Assembly: GCA_047495785.1 (NCBI GenBank)
Contig: JBLDXI010000081.1
Coordinates: 35,582 to 99,581 of the forward strand
Length of the DNA: 64,000 nucleotides
Direction of reading: 5' to 3'
DNA from: Lepidodermella squamata
Lineage: Eukaryota > Animalia > Gastrotricha
Under the pieces are notes generated by a model, which saw only the letters and a program-made list of their open reading frames with translations, was not told the origin of the DNA and did not search any database. Below are positions 11,518 through 24,411 of this stretch, in pieces (the stretch's first letter is position 1; each line of letters begins with the position of its first letter). Both the position numbers and the translations under genes were made by a program.

Positions 11518-13025
11518 GCCGGGGGAACCCCCATACTGTCGCCGTTCGCGTATGTGTGTGCGGCGAAAAAAACCTATGCGGGCCTTGCGCTCAGTTCCCG
11601 CACGCCTGTCGCGCACTCCCACGTTTTCGTTCAGGTTGCTCAGAATGCGTTGTTACCGATTCTGTGACTAGCCTATAGCCTTCCACAACTCCCGGATTGT
11701 ATGGTAATGGCATTAGCATGTGCCGATTTCTGAATGTGCCGATTGTTACCGTAGTTCTTACCGCAGTTCTACCGTAGCCATGTGACGTAGATGTTTACGG
11801 ACGCGGTACCCCGATTTTCTGCCTGAAAACATCGCGGAAAATCTCGTTCGATGTATCATTGTTTTGATGCAGAGGCCGGGCCGAATTTTTGAATATTCGT
11901 GTTCTGTGTAGCTCATGCAAAAAAATCGCGGTAGTCCTACGTCCGTCAACATATACGACACATGACCGTAGCTTTACCGTAGTTCTAGCTTAGTGAACAT
12001 AATACATAATGAACATAATGCCGTCTAGCATGGTACCGTAGATAGAAAAAGGGATGAGTTTTGAACCCTCAATCCTTCATCACCATCTCTCACGAAGACA
12101 GGCACGTTATCCACTGAGCTATCGCTCAGTTTTGGACATGCTACTTTTTCGAAAGTGTCTCATGAACAGTTTTCAAGTATTAGGTCCATTAGGTTTTAGT
12201 TTAGAGGCTAGTCTCTGGCGGAAGTTTTCGCTCTGTCGACGAGAAGCTAACTTGAAAAACCTCGTGGTAGTTATAGTCATGTTCTCATGTACGGCGCCCG
12301 AGAGTGTCGCTGCGATTGCGCCGCGCTGGATACGTGGTGAGTCCCTCGTGCGCCGCGTTGCCGACTTCGGCTTTGTCTCATTTGTCTCAGCGGTCAAGAT
12401 ACAACTTCGCCGCAAGCACATGTGGCCAAACAAGACACTCCGCGTCACCCTGGAAGTCATATGCCTACTTCAGAGACTCCGCCCTCGAGCATCCAGTCGA
12501 AAATCAGTAGACCTTGAGCTCTGTAGATGGCGCGCAGATCCAAAAGGCGAATTATTCTTCCAAAATTACTCATTTTATGAACTATTGTCGATCCTATTAT
12601 AGACAGGATCTATGGGCATCAATCACGCGGAGGTCCTAATTTTACGATCTACGATCTACGATTTACGATCTACGTATATGGTAAAAGGTAAGATGAGGTT
12701 GAGCCCATACAATCTATCACAGTGGTAAATTTCGATCAAGCCGGGGTCTACTTTGTTAAGACTGGGCAATGGTGTCGTTTGCCAGGCGTGCCGTTTTTCT
12801 TTTGTGGCGCATTCAACGCCGTTTGCTAAGTGCTACCATTGCGTGAGGATATGGAGAGGTGAACCTTGGATCCTGATTGTGGCATGCTCAGAGATTACAG
12901 CAGGCTCGGTTCACGCCCTGCCCAGTGGTTTTCAAGTAGAAGTAGTGAACTACCGTTATTATTGTCATAAGTCCATAGGTTCCCCCCGGCGCTACTGCGG
13001 CAGCTTCGCTGCTGCTGTTGCCAAT
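11518..13025 (+). mobile_element. Non-autonomous Helentron/Helitron2-like element (HINE)
   Basis: Absent from the paralogous 5420-5435 site and inserted between T and T without TSD. Asymmetric subterminal IRs GCCGGGGGAACC (11518) / GGTTCCCCCCGGC (12978-12990), then 3' hairpin GCGGCAGC-TTC-GCTGCTGC; internal (TACGATC)n. Confidence 0.7.
12051..12127 (-). pseudogene. tRNA-derived (SINE-head-like) fragment
   Basis: A-box TAGCTCAGTGG and B-box-like GGTTCAAAAC on the minus strand; cloverleaf is imperfect. Confidence 0.4.
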
Positions 13026-14120
13026 TAGGGTGACTGAAAGCAGGTAACACTGATATTTCAAATTAATTTGAGCCCGCGAACTGACCAGCTGTTAGATACT
13101 GGCTAGCCATATGGCTTCCTAATCAATTTGAGCACGTGTTAAGTAAATTTGCTAATCCACTTTAATAACTGGGTCGAACAAAATTCAAATCAAGCTTAAC
13201 AGTTTAACTTTAAAATGCCTTTCGGGAACTGGTTCGTCCAACTCTCTGGCAACAAAAAGCAACGATGAAGATAACATTGCCTGAAAGTGGAAAATTCTGA
13301 GCTGTTACAGAAGGGAACCAACAAACTGAAAGGTTAAAAGAGCTACAAGTACAGGTACAAGAGGTCAGCATTTAAAATATTTTTATTTCGAAAATCGGCA
13401 GCACTATTATGTATTATGGTCTCCCAAAATGATTGAACTTTTGTAAAGAAAATCCTGGATTCCGTCCTCCATCAAATGAGACAAGGTGCAACTCATCGTC
13501 TCGCAAGAATAAATTTCCCCAATATTCCAAAAAATTACCTATTATAGGCGAATTTCGGCAAATTTTCGATTCTTTCGCCTCCAGCTTCTTCGGAATTTTT
13601 TCGAAAAATCTGGATAAATGATTCCTAATCATGTTCTCACTGTCTCTCTATTCAGCATTTTTAATCAGTAAGCATTTCTCTGTATCTGCTCGAGAGCCCG
13701 TTTCAATTTTACATAATTCAACACTCACCAGTCAATGTGACTAGTGAAGGGTAGATAACCCTGACCTGGTTTCGTACTTCGGCTATCAGACTGAACAACG
13801 ACAAAATCAAATAAGCGAATCTCTCGGATATTTTATTGTATTTCTTTAGGGCTTATATAGCCAACAGAACGCCAAATTGGATGAAATATAATGATGTGCG
13901 ACACGTAATCTTGCTGGCACGAGCGCTGGCTAATGATGAGAAAGAACTAATGAATAATAATTGGAGTCCAGAACTGGGGCAATCTCATCCTGTCAACTAG
14001 CTCAAGGCATCATCTATCAGGTAAATTCTAGTAAATCGTCGAAACTAGAAAATCTAGTAGTCTGCTAAACCTTGCTAGATTTTAAAGTATAGGTTTTAAA
14101 GTCAATGCGATTAAAAATCG

Positions 14121-15472
14121 TTATTGAATCATTAATATAAGCACAACAACATCTGTTAAAACAGTGATGATTAGAATGACTGCGAACACGATACAATCAA
14201 TCAGACGAATGAGGCTGATATTCATGAAATTGGCTTGAATGAGTAAAAAACGCTTCCTGCTGGCTAACTCGCTAGCAATCAGGCAATAGATGGCGCAAAG
14301 TACAGCAATGGCCATTTGACCGGCTAGAAATAGCAAAATGTAAGGTATCTCGGCTGATTTTGGTAAGGATTCGCTGATGCTCGATTGCGAAACTGCATAG
14401 GCCAGTACGACAGTTATGCAAAATGTTGGCCGATCGGGGTGTTCAGGTGGCATGAAACCAGCGGCGATCAGAACCAGTTGCAGGCAGATATTTGGGAAAA
14501 ATATAGTCAGCAAATGAAACCCGTAACGGCGTTCGAAGTCGAAAGTAAATCGTAATGATGAATAATTTGTCTCCCCATTATCGCTTTCGTCCAAAATGTA
14601 TCCGGCGTTGTATGAATTCAATCGCCACATTTCGCTCGGGTTAATGAATTCGCCAAATTTCACTATTTCGATGCCCCCATTCTCGAAGAGGTATTTCGTT
14701 AGCCGTGTGGTGAAGAAAGATTTGATGTCCATGCTACAAGATTGCTTGTCGAAGGGAAAGTTCAAAAAGCTGCGTAAAGCAAATTGTGAATCACAGTCAA
14801 TCAGGTAAAAGGTCATAACTAAGCTTGACCCTAGCCCGATGCAACTCTTATTAAAACAATTAAAAATTCGCTACATTGACATACTTTAGGTTACAAAGTG
14901 ACTTGTAAGCGCCTTGCAGGTACATTGCACCTTTGCCATTCTTGTAATACACAACTGTAGCTCTCTTGCTCAAGCTTAAAGGAAAATTGATAGACAACAA
15001 TTCCAAGATTTCGCTAAAAACCTTTCAATTATCGACATTTCGAAAGCATTTATATGAGTGAAAATAGGAGTCCACGTCTCGGAACCTTTCAACTCGATGG
15101 CCCTTATATGAGAGTAATTCGTAACGTGCTGCCAGGCCGCACATGGGTGCATCCAACTGATAGCAAGCTCGCCATAAAACGAAAACCTAGGGACACATGT
15201 AAATTCAGGGTATTAGAAATAAGAAAGAACAAATCTTACGATTGCTCGTCTTCGTTTATCCCTCGAAAATAAAATGGTTCCACCGATACATATATGAGCG
15301 TAGTTTCGCTGAAATTAGAAACAGGTCGAATACGTTGATCGAGGCGACATCTTGAAATCAGAAAGTCTCTCAACTCAAGAGCATCCGGGTTGAACAAAGG
15401 AATCTCCTCGTCAAGACTCCCAGCATTCGAATACGCTGCAAGAATTATTAATGGTATGAGTTGTTGATACAT
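14121..15472 (-). CDS. Divergent Cys-loop channel subunit, copy 3
   Basis: Same 4-exon structure, open frame, Cys-loop CNLNFLNFPFDKQSC, M1-M4. Confidence 0.92.
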
Positions 15473-16020
15473 TACATAGAAGAGGCTAACTGTAGTTAGA
15501 TGGGAAATACGCCCTACTTATAGAAATTAACTGAAAGTCAAAATGTTTATCTAGAGATCGATACCGAGTAACTTCACAGCCCAGATCTTCATCCTGTCAA
15601 ATATCCGGACTTGAAAAAAACACATGAACGAAAACATACGCATTTCACTAAAATGCATTGAATTTAATGACGCATGCTCACGTGAGTCTTTTCTGGTTTG
15701 CTGAAATGGAATTCGATGTTTACTCAGCGGCTAAAATGAATATCGCTTTGCATTAAAACGCGATGAGTATTCACGGACATCTCTCTCTCTCTCTTTCCTG
15801 GCTTGCTGAAATGGAATTCGATGTTTACTCAGCGGCTGAAATGAATGTCGCTTCGGATTAAAACGCGATGAGTACTCATGGAACTACTACCTGCGGCGAT
15901 TTTGAGAGACTCACTTGATTTAACCTCGCGCTATTTCATCCATCATATTTGGATTTGCTGAGATTTCAAAGTAAGGTCTGATGCGCGTTTGATGTATAGC
16001 TAAGCAATGAACAGAGTCCG

Positions 16021-17883
16021 AAATGCTGTCCGAAATCCCGCTGCCTAATGTCGGCGAACCAGTGATTCGGATCGACTCGTATCGGCGCCAGGTTGGTGCG
16101 GCAATCGCCGAATCTCGCCGTCTTCACGTCCCTCTGCTCGACCGCACTCAGCTGAGGAAAGTTTCAATGACCCGCGACATGCGTAGCCTGCTCGAAAGAA
16201 AGAGGATTCTTGAACGTGGGCTCGGCAATCGAGTTGATGCCGGGCTAGTCGATAGGATCCACGCCTTGGACGCCCAGCGCCCAGTTCCACGCTGCGAAAG
16301 CGGCTCAGCAATTGCGGCTCCAACCTGCGATATGTTGAAGCTCTGTCGTTGCAGCACCGCTACCGAGAGGCTTATGCCCGCCTCCGTCGTCTCGATAAGT
16401 TTCGCCCTACCCCTGTTGATCGCCTGACCTACATGAAGCTCGATGATGGAAGTGCCCTGCCGCCGTCTACTGCCCTTGCTGATGCACTGCTTGATCATTT
16501 CGTCAAACCGATGTCGCCCTACGTCGACCCCGATGCGGACGCTGCCACTCGCCAGTGGTGGCAACAAGTCGAGGACGATGTCGTTGCAGATCCTGACCTT
16601 CGTGCTTCTGATGTGATCCGCGTGCCCACTCTCGGCGAGTTTTCTGTCAGTCAACGGATGCTCGCTGATGCTGTTAGCCGTTTGAAGTCCTTCAAGGCCC
16701 CTGGCTTGGATGGTATTCAAAACATCTACCTGAAGTGGGGTGGCCCTGTCCTGCAAGTCCTGTCCCTGGCAGTCGATACGTGCCTCAAGCGGTTGTTGTG
16801 ACTATCCCGAAGGCCGGCAAGCCGCAGAACCATGTCTCGTCACAGCGTCCCATCTCCTTGCTGCCGACTGACGCCAAGCTCCTGGAGTCGATCGTGGCTC
16901 GGTGGATGACCCAGTTTCTCGAAAGTCAACACCTTCTCCCTGAGAATCAGTTTGCATTCCGTCCGCACCATTCCGCGCCAGATGTCCCACTTCGCATCGT
17001 TCATCGCGTCCACGTCAACCGCTCCCTGCGCAAGAAGACTGTCGTGGCCGGCTTGGATGTTCAGGCGGCCTACGATTCCGTGTGGCACGCCGGGCTGATC
17101 CATAAGCTGGCCCAGCTGCCTCTCCCGCGAAATTTGGTCGGCTGGCTGGCCGACTATCTTCGCGACCGTCGTCTGCAAGCTCGCGTGGCGGGCTCGCTGA
17201 GTCGTCAAGTCGTCGTCCATTGCGGGGTGCCGCAGGGTTCCCCGTTGTCGCCGCTTCTCTACATTCTGTACACCGCCGATTTGCTGTCCGCCCCAAGCGT
17301 GGATGGCACGTTGCTGCAGGCCTACGCGGACGATCTAACTGTCGTCGGCGAGGGTGGCACGTTCCCTGCTGCTCAGCGTCGCCTCCAATTGGAGCTCACC
17401 CGTATTTTCGGATGGGCCAAGAAGTGGCGCCAGAAGTTTAATCCCGCGAAGAGCGAAGTTATGCCCTTTGGTAACGCGTCCGTCAATGTTCGGCTCAACG
17501 GAGCCGTGATTCCGCAAGTCGAGTCGTTACGAGTTATCGGTGTTCACTTGGACCTTAAACTGACGTGGAAAGTTCATGTGGACAGGATCTCTGACCGCTG
17601 CCGCAGAAATCTGGGTTTTTTCAAACATCTCATGTTCACCCCTGGGCTGTCGCGCCGCTGGCGACGCACCCTTTACTTGACCCTGGTCCGTTCGTGCTGG
17701 TCTTATGGGACCATCTGCCTGGCTACCGCCTCGAAGCAACAGATTAATCGTCTCGCAGTCATCCAAAATGATAGCCTGCGTGCAATGCTCCACATTCGTC
17801 GGGACGACCGGGTCCGCGTGTCGGAGTTGGAATCTCGTTGCCGTATCCCGAGTGTCCCTCGGTTTCTGGAACAGTGCCAGTAG
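16021..17883 (+). mobile_element. Truncated, frameshifted non-LTR retrotransposon ORF2 (reverse transcriptase; Jockey/I-like)
   Basis: KAPGLDGI, RPISLL, QFAFRP, LDVQAAYDSVWH, GVPQGSPLSP, YADD motifs; GC-rich island; 7-bp duplication at ~16271 and frameshift near 16780. Confidence 0.92.
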
Positions 17884-18674
17884 TAAATAAAACGGCCGAG
17901 ATCTATTCTTTGTAAGCTGTGTTATAATCAAGAAAGAGATTTCAGACGACACAAAATTTTAAACTTTATCTTGCATTGAATTGGCTCAACGGCATAATGG
18001 CTGCTGGCTCAGAAAATGGCTCACAAAAATAACCTGGAACATTTAAATTTGCCTTCGCCAACAATTAATCAACAATTAAACCGGGTTTTCCAGATTTTTC
18101 TTTTTTTCACGCAGTTTAGTTCGAAAAATGTGCTATCATCAAAATTACATTGAATAATTTTCCGCAATCAAATCCGGCAATGTTTATGAGGCGCTCATGT
18201 GACGCCGCACTTAGAGCACGCCGACAGACAAGAAGACGTGTTCACTTTTTTCCTCATTAATATTCAGCATATTTTGCAGCTTAAAAAAATAATATGACGG
18301 GGCTCAATTCGAATTTGTCTAATAATTGAAAATTGAAAATTTTAAATTAATTTGTTCAAGTTTCAAAGATCGCAAAAAGCAGTGATTTGGCGCGGTTTCC
18401 GAGATGCTACAAAGAGGAGATGCCTCTTTAAAGATGAATTTAGCTGATGAAATGGCAGCATCTGCTCGAAATTACACAGAAATAGCACAAGAAACATTTG
18501 GGTGGAAAATAACGACATGATTCATCTCATTAAATTTGAAACGATGAACTTTGCCCCTTTTTAGTCTGACCTCAGTTTTTCGTGTCCGAAAACCTCTTAG
18601 TGCGGCGTCCTATCTACGTCACATGGAGGCGCTAAGCCTAATAAGAATATTATAATCGGCCCGTTTAGTTTACT
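17882..18674. mobile_element. Degenerate inverted-repeat element abutting the LINE 3' break
   Basis: Imperfect terminal IR AGTAAATAAAACGGCCGA / TCGGCCCGTTTAGTTTACT and internal IR GACGCCGCACT / AGTGCGGCGTC. Confidence 0.45.
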
Positions 18675-18710
18675 TTTTAAATTTTAAATTTTAAATTAAA
18701 AAAAAACCTA

Positions 18711-19479
18711 CCGTAACGAGTGGTAACTTTGGACAAAACGTGTTTTTCGAATATTAAAAATCAGCCTTTGCTCTTAATTTTCTGAAACTTTTACCAAAGG
18801 TGGGGACGGTGATTCTTGAATTTTCTGTAAATTTTAAAATTTTTGAGAATTTTACCTGACCTTTGGCTAATTAATATGTGTTCCGGTAACTTTGGACAAT
18901 TAGAGGGTAGTTTTGGACACTCATTTGCATATGCAATTTCATTGTAATTTCATTGTGAATTATCTGTTTTTCATGGTTTTTCATTTAATCTTGGGTCAGA
19001 TTTCGAAAAAAATTATGAACAGATGGCGCATCATCTGTTTCTCGGAAGTTCAATAAAAATACGTTTCTGCGCAGCAGCATACTTAACCCGTCCAAAAGTG
19101 TCCAAAATTACCCCAATTTTCACCTGTTTTTCAGGTAAATGCCCTGCTAAAACGCGTCGGCGGATTGCCATTTTTTCTTCGATTATAGGGAGAGTAAAGA
19201 TAGGAGAATACTCATGCCAACTTTCATTGAAAACTGATCGATTATTAGAAAGATAGAAGGGGGGTCCCAAAACGGCATCCAAAGTCTAACGGCTTGTAAC
19301 TTTTTCTGAAATCCGATTTCAGCTCCAATCGTCTTGATTTTATTCCAAACGAAAGCTGAAGAGACGGAGAATTTTAAGCAAAAACCCCCATGATTTGAAC
19401 GTTAAATCCTGAAAAGCTAAACACCTGCAAAGCCGAAAGTGTCCAAAGTTACCGTGTCCACAATCACCACACGTTACGG
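18711..19479. mobile_element. MITE, Tc1/mariner-pogo type (TA TSD)
   Basis: TA|CCGTAACGAGTGGT...ACCACACGTTACGG|TA with repeated TTTGGACA/TGTCCAAA subterminal motifs. Confidence 0.85.
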
Positions 19480-19774
19480 TAATTGCTGGAAACAGGCATT
19501 GTTGAGGAAAAAGTGAAAAATGTGGTGAAAGTATGAAATATAATAAACACATTTCTAAATTGTTTAATTTTTTGAATGATATCATTGATCTAAATAGTCT
19601 AAATAAAATTGATAAGGCTTTATTATTAAAACTTCATATTATTGGCCTCATAAAACAGGATTAAAACTGATAAAATGAATTAATACAAATATGAGATATG
19701 TGGAAAATTCTGAATCTGAATCAGTGTTTATGAGTTTTTTTCATTCCGCGCTGATTTTTTCCATCACCGCGGTC

Positions 19775-20405
19775 TTAGAGCGAGATCCGAAAATCGGGGT
19801 CATGAGTGGCTTTATAGTTCTTGATGTGCGGGCTGTATTCAATTGTCTCAGGAAAATCGAGGAGGGCTCCGATCCGCTCTTTCTCCGGAGTGTCGTACGG
19901 CCGGCCGCCTTTCCGAACTTTCGAGCGTCTCGACTTGTTCCTCTTCGGTATGTTGGTGATGGTTGAAGAACCCGCTTTGAGGGTCGAATCCGGCTTCGAG
20001 AGAGTCTTCGAAAGCGAAAGGTTGATCGACGAAATACTTGCCGTCGGTGAGAACGCCAGTGACCTGATCGCTGATCGGCGACTGGAGCAAGAGCTGACAG
20101 AGCCAGCCCGTGATCGGCTTTCCGGAGCCACCGGCAACACACACAGCTTGTCCAGCTTTCCTTCCAATTCGACCAGCGCAATTTTGAGACTTCTCTCGGT
20201 TGCGAAGCAGGCCTAGAAAACAATTTCAATACAAAGCATGACTCATAAAAATCAAAGATTATTACTTTTTCACCATCACCATCCGTATAATTGAAGCAAT
20301 AAACTTCAACTCAAATGAAGTTCATCCATCGCAGACAGCCGTAGTTCGTCGACCACAATTTTGTGCCACCCTCCGTTTTCGACGACGGTCATTCGGACGA
20401 GCATT
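19775..20405 (-). pseudogene. Small two-exon gene or pseudogene with possible PB1-like N-terminus and Ser/Arg-rich tail
   Basis: Spliced reading VYCFNYTDGDGEK|ACFATERSLKIALVELEGK joins ORF 19775-20167; a frameshift is needed in exon 1. Confidence 0.35.
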
Positions 20406-21367
20406 GTAGAAATTAGAAAAATTAATTAAAAAAAAATTAAAAATTTCTTTTGATGAAAAGTTCAGATGAAAAATGTGAGATAAAACTGAAAATATACAAA
20501 ATTCGCGTGTCTTGTAAACCCACCAACAGCTTTAAGGAGCGCGCCTTATACTAAAAAATTCCAGCCAATAGAAAAATTGTGGATTCACTGGTTCCACTAA
20601 GTTGACATCGAATAACTGGGGCGTCGTGACACCCCAGCACCCTGATCCCTGATTGTTCGATCATTTTTCGATCAGAGTCACATGCACACTATGACGATTG
20701 ATGATGACCATTGATGACCCACCGGCAGTTAGGGTTGTTTATTTGCCAAGGGGCAGGGCGTGTTTTTAATTTTTCTTAATTTTTTCTTACTTTACGTATA
20801 ACTTAACGTAACTTAACGTAACGTACATTTCGTTTTTTATGTATTTTGGCTAGTTAAGATGATTGCGTGAAAGAAATCGCCTCCGCTCATCACGAATTGC
20901 TGCTGAATTCAGGCCGATAATTGGATACCCAGCACTCATCAAAAGGGCACTGTTGATTTTCCTGAGCTGTCACTGCTGCAATTTACGGCCCTGTTTAAGA
21001 ATTCTACTTCTTCACTGCTTCGAAAACTCAATACCTTCAATTCGATAATTCAAGTCACAACTTTACTACCATTGTATTTGTTATATTGTTCAAGATTCAT
21101 GTCGTAATCAGCGAATGATTGGGCAGGTTTTATATGTCTCTGAGCCATAGGCATGAGCATGCACTTGCGCGCAATAGTATGATTTCTGTTAACGTGTAAA
21201 TTCTGGAAAATCGCCAAAATATATTAAATCTTGCTGGAAAAGGTATGGGCGATTCCACGATTCTAGAGGATGAACCAACCATTTTAGCCGCTGACTGATC
21301 GTTGTTTGCCAAGTATTTCAGTGCGAAAGTCATGTTTTTAGGTGCAGTAGCACTGATTTGAATATGT

Positions 21368-22836
21368 TTATTGAATCATCAATATAAGCACAACGACATC
21401 GGCTAAAACAGTGATGAATAGGATGACTATGTAAACACGATGCAATCAATCAGGCGAATGAGGCTCATATTCATGATATTAGCTTTAACGCCTTGAAACC
21501 GCTCTCGCCCGGCCAAATCGCTAGCAATAAGGCAATAGATAGCGCAAAGAACAGCAATGGCTATTTGGCCAGCTAGAAATACCAGAATATAAGGAATTTC
21601 CGCAAATTTTGGTATCGATTCACTGATGCTTGATTGCGAAACTGCATACGCTAGTACGACAGTTATGCAAAATACCGATCGGGTTGCTCAGGTGGCATGA
21701 ATCCAGCGGCGATCAGAACCAGTTGTAGGCAGATATTCGGGAAAAATATTGTCAGCAAATGAAACCCGTAACGACGTTCGAAGTCGAAAGTAAATCGTAA
21801 TGATGAATAATTTGTCTCCCCATTATCGCTTTCGTCCAAAATGTATCCGGCGTTGTATGAATTCAATCGCCACATTTCGCTCGGGTTAATGAATTCGCCA
21901 AATTTCACTATTTCGATGCCCCCATTCTCGAAGAGGTATTTCGTTAGCCGTGTGGTGAAGAAAGATTTGATGTCCATGCTACAAGATTGCTTGTCGAAGG
22001 GAAAGTTCAAAAAGCTGCGAAAAGCAAATTGTGAATCTTATTCAATCAAGTGGTAAAAGTCATAAATAAACTTCATCCTTAATTTGTTGAACTCAAGCCC
22101 GAATTCAACTCCTCAATGTAAGGCAATTAAAAATTCGCTACATTAACATACTTGAGGCTACAAAGTGACTTGTAAGCGCCTTGCAGGTACGTTACAACTT
22201 TGCCATTCTTGTAATACACAACTGTAGCACTAAACGGAAATGCAAAGATTGATTGCTGGCAAAGATTTGCTAAAAGAAACCTTTCAATGTTTGACATTTC
22301 GAACGCATTTACATGAGTGAAGACAGGAGTCCACGTCTCCGAACCTTTCAAATCGATGGCCCTTATGTGAGAATAATTCGAAATGTGCTGCCAGGCTCTG
22401 TAAGGCAAGGCAGAGATCAATTCATTAAACGGTAAGCGGTAAGCTTACATATTATTTCGGGCTGGCTCGAGAGGGGCTCAGAAGGGCGAAGATCGCAAGG
22501 GCACCTAAAGGAATACAGGAAGCCACAGGGTCACATTAGTTTTTAGGGAAAATGTCGGTGATGAGGCGGCAGGGCTTAGCCGGGTCACCAATGCAGTCTC
22601 GCAAGTGCCATGCTGGACAGTGCTTCTCCAGCATTCGGAGGCCGAAGGCGTCGGGCTGGAAGCTCGCAACGTAGGATATGTAATCCTTCATTCCGTTATT
22701 TGCGTTGAGGCACCTGATGGCGTACCGCATCAGTTGATGCTCAAATACGTCGCTGATTGCTTCGACGACAACACCGAATACGCATAAAATTCGAATACGC
22801 TGCAAGAATTATTAATGGTATGAGTTGCTGATACAT
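21368..22836 (-). pseudogene. Cys-loop channel copy 4, disrupted
   Basis: Frameshift at ~21673, indel near 21432, and most of exon 1 plus part of exon 2 replaced by an insertion at ~22397-22790. Confidence 0.88.
22397..22790 (-). mobile_element. Probable 3' fragment of a non-LTR retrotransposon inserted in channel copy 4
   Basis: Foreign GC-richer segment with an ORF end (RYAIRCLNANN...PAWHL), a 3'UTR-like stretch and a short GCCTT repeat tail; associated target deletion. Confidence 0.45.
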
Positions 22837-23332
22837 TACATAGAAGAGGCTGTCGTTGGATGGGAAATACTTTTAAAACTTAGCTGAAAGTCGATATGTC
22901 GATCTAGTGATCGGTACCGAGTAAATACACAACCTAGATCCATGCCCTGTCAAATATCTGGACTTCGGGAAAAAACACATGCATGAAAACATACACAATT
23001 CACTTAAATCAATTGAATTTAATGACGCGTGAGTCTTTCGGAGATGGAAAATTTCTTTTGCTGTATTTGCCAAGATGAGGTTTTTACTAGAAACCGAGCG
23101 AAGCGAGATAAAGTTGAAGACTTTCCTCTAATACAGGCTCCACAACATCTGAAAATTAACGAAACAGTGGGATAAATTCTCATTTTGTTGTCTGGCCCGG
23201 CCGAGCTAGGGGGAATGATCCCCCCCCCCCCACCCCCCCTGAAAGTCGCACACTGCTTGAAGAAGATAGAAGTAACATTTTATTATGCACTTGGTAATAT
23301 AAATGTTATTGATCTGCGTGATTGCGCTAATT

Positions 23333-24097
23333 TCAACAAGATGACTTCGCTCGGCTTGCTCCTCGCGATCTCAGCAAATCAGTTATAACTGTTTTGTTTT
23401 CGCAAATAGCAATATCTAGAGCTGTCTTGCCATCTGATTTTCCGGCATCCTTATTTGCACCTCTATCAAGCAACATTCGAACTACCTCGACTTGCCCAAA
23501 TGCAGCCGCATACATCAACGCTGTCCAATTATCTATATCCTTGGCTTCGATTGCAGCTTTCCGATCCAGCAACAGTCGAACTACTTCTAACTGTCCTTTA
23601 TTAGCCGCAATCATCAGCGGCGACCTGCCACCGTTATCCTTGGCCTCGATATCCGCGTCGCGATCAAGCAACAGTCGAACAACTTCGACCTGCCCGTTAT
23701 AAGCCGCGTACATTAACGCTGTCATGCCACCGTAATACTCGGCTTCGATGGCAGCGTTGCGATCTAGCAACAGTCCAACTATTTCAACTTGCCCATTCCA
23801 AGCCGCATACATCAATGCCGTCATACCACCATAATCCTCCATGTAATTCACATCAGCTCCACGATCGAGGAGCAGCTGAGCAATTTGAAATCCCTGGCCT
23901 GATTGCGCCTCAATGCACGTAACACTTTGCAGCAGAGAGCCATTCGCCATCAAGTAACCTCCGCAGTCATACTCCTTTGGGTTGCGCCAGTTCGGGTCGA
24001 ACTTGCCGCCAGTGGATTCGTCGATCTCCGCAACGAGTCGCCGCACCTGCTCTACGCCAGTCGCCTCGGCTGTCACATTCCACAACTGCTCGTACAT
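23333..24097 (-). CDS. Ankyrin-repeat protein, copy A (254 aa)
   Basis: About 5-6 near-consensus repeats G.TALMYAA..GQVE.V.LLLDR.A.IEA.D; single coding exon. Confidence 0.9.
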   Translation of the reverse strand: MYEQLWNVTAEATGVEQVRRLVAEIDESTGGKFDPNWRNPKEYDCGGYLMANGSLLQSVTCIEAQSGQGFQIAQLLLDRGADVNYMEDYGGMTALMYAAWNGQVEIVGLLLDRNAAIEAEYYGGMTALMYAAYNGQVEVVRLLLDRDADIEAKDNGGRSPLMIAANKGQLEVVRLLLDRKAAIEAKDIDNWTALMYAAAFGQVEVVRMLLDRGANKDAGKSDGKTALDIAICENKTVITDLLRSRGASRAKSSC

Positions 24098-24411
24098 TTC
24101 ACGAATCTATACAGGGTATGATAATTTTCATGCTGAAATACAGCCAGACTCAGTGAAGTACGGGGTTAACGGGAGTACCCCAACTCAAGAGGTCCAGGCA
24201 ATGAAACTTTACTTCATCCACTGGCACCCCTGGGTGTGCTCGACTTACCTATGTGAAGCTGCCCGATGTGGGGATTGAAGTTGAATGGTAAAAGAATAAA
24301 GCACAAATAGGCTATTGGCTCGGCCTAACCAATACCCCTGAAATCTAGGTTTTAAAACGCGACTTAGCCGGTTTGCAATCTGATTTCCCGGTTCCCGGAA
24401 ACACTACTAAG

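Noticed and set aside
12054-12602. 182-aa ORF inside the Helentron-like element
   Set aside because: No Rep or helicase motifs; overlaps a tRNA-like fragment.
16088-16332. Peptide QVGAAIAE encoded on both strands of the LINE (short imperfect inverted repeat)
   Set aside because: The plus strand already gives a plausible ORF2 reading after repairing small frameshifts; the match is short and probably chance.
23333-24097. Horizontal transfer of the intronless consensus-like ankyrin gene
   Set aside because: Consensus-like ankyrin repeats are widespread in animals; no evidence without a phylogeny.
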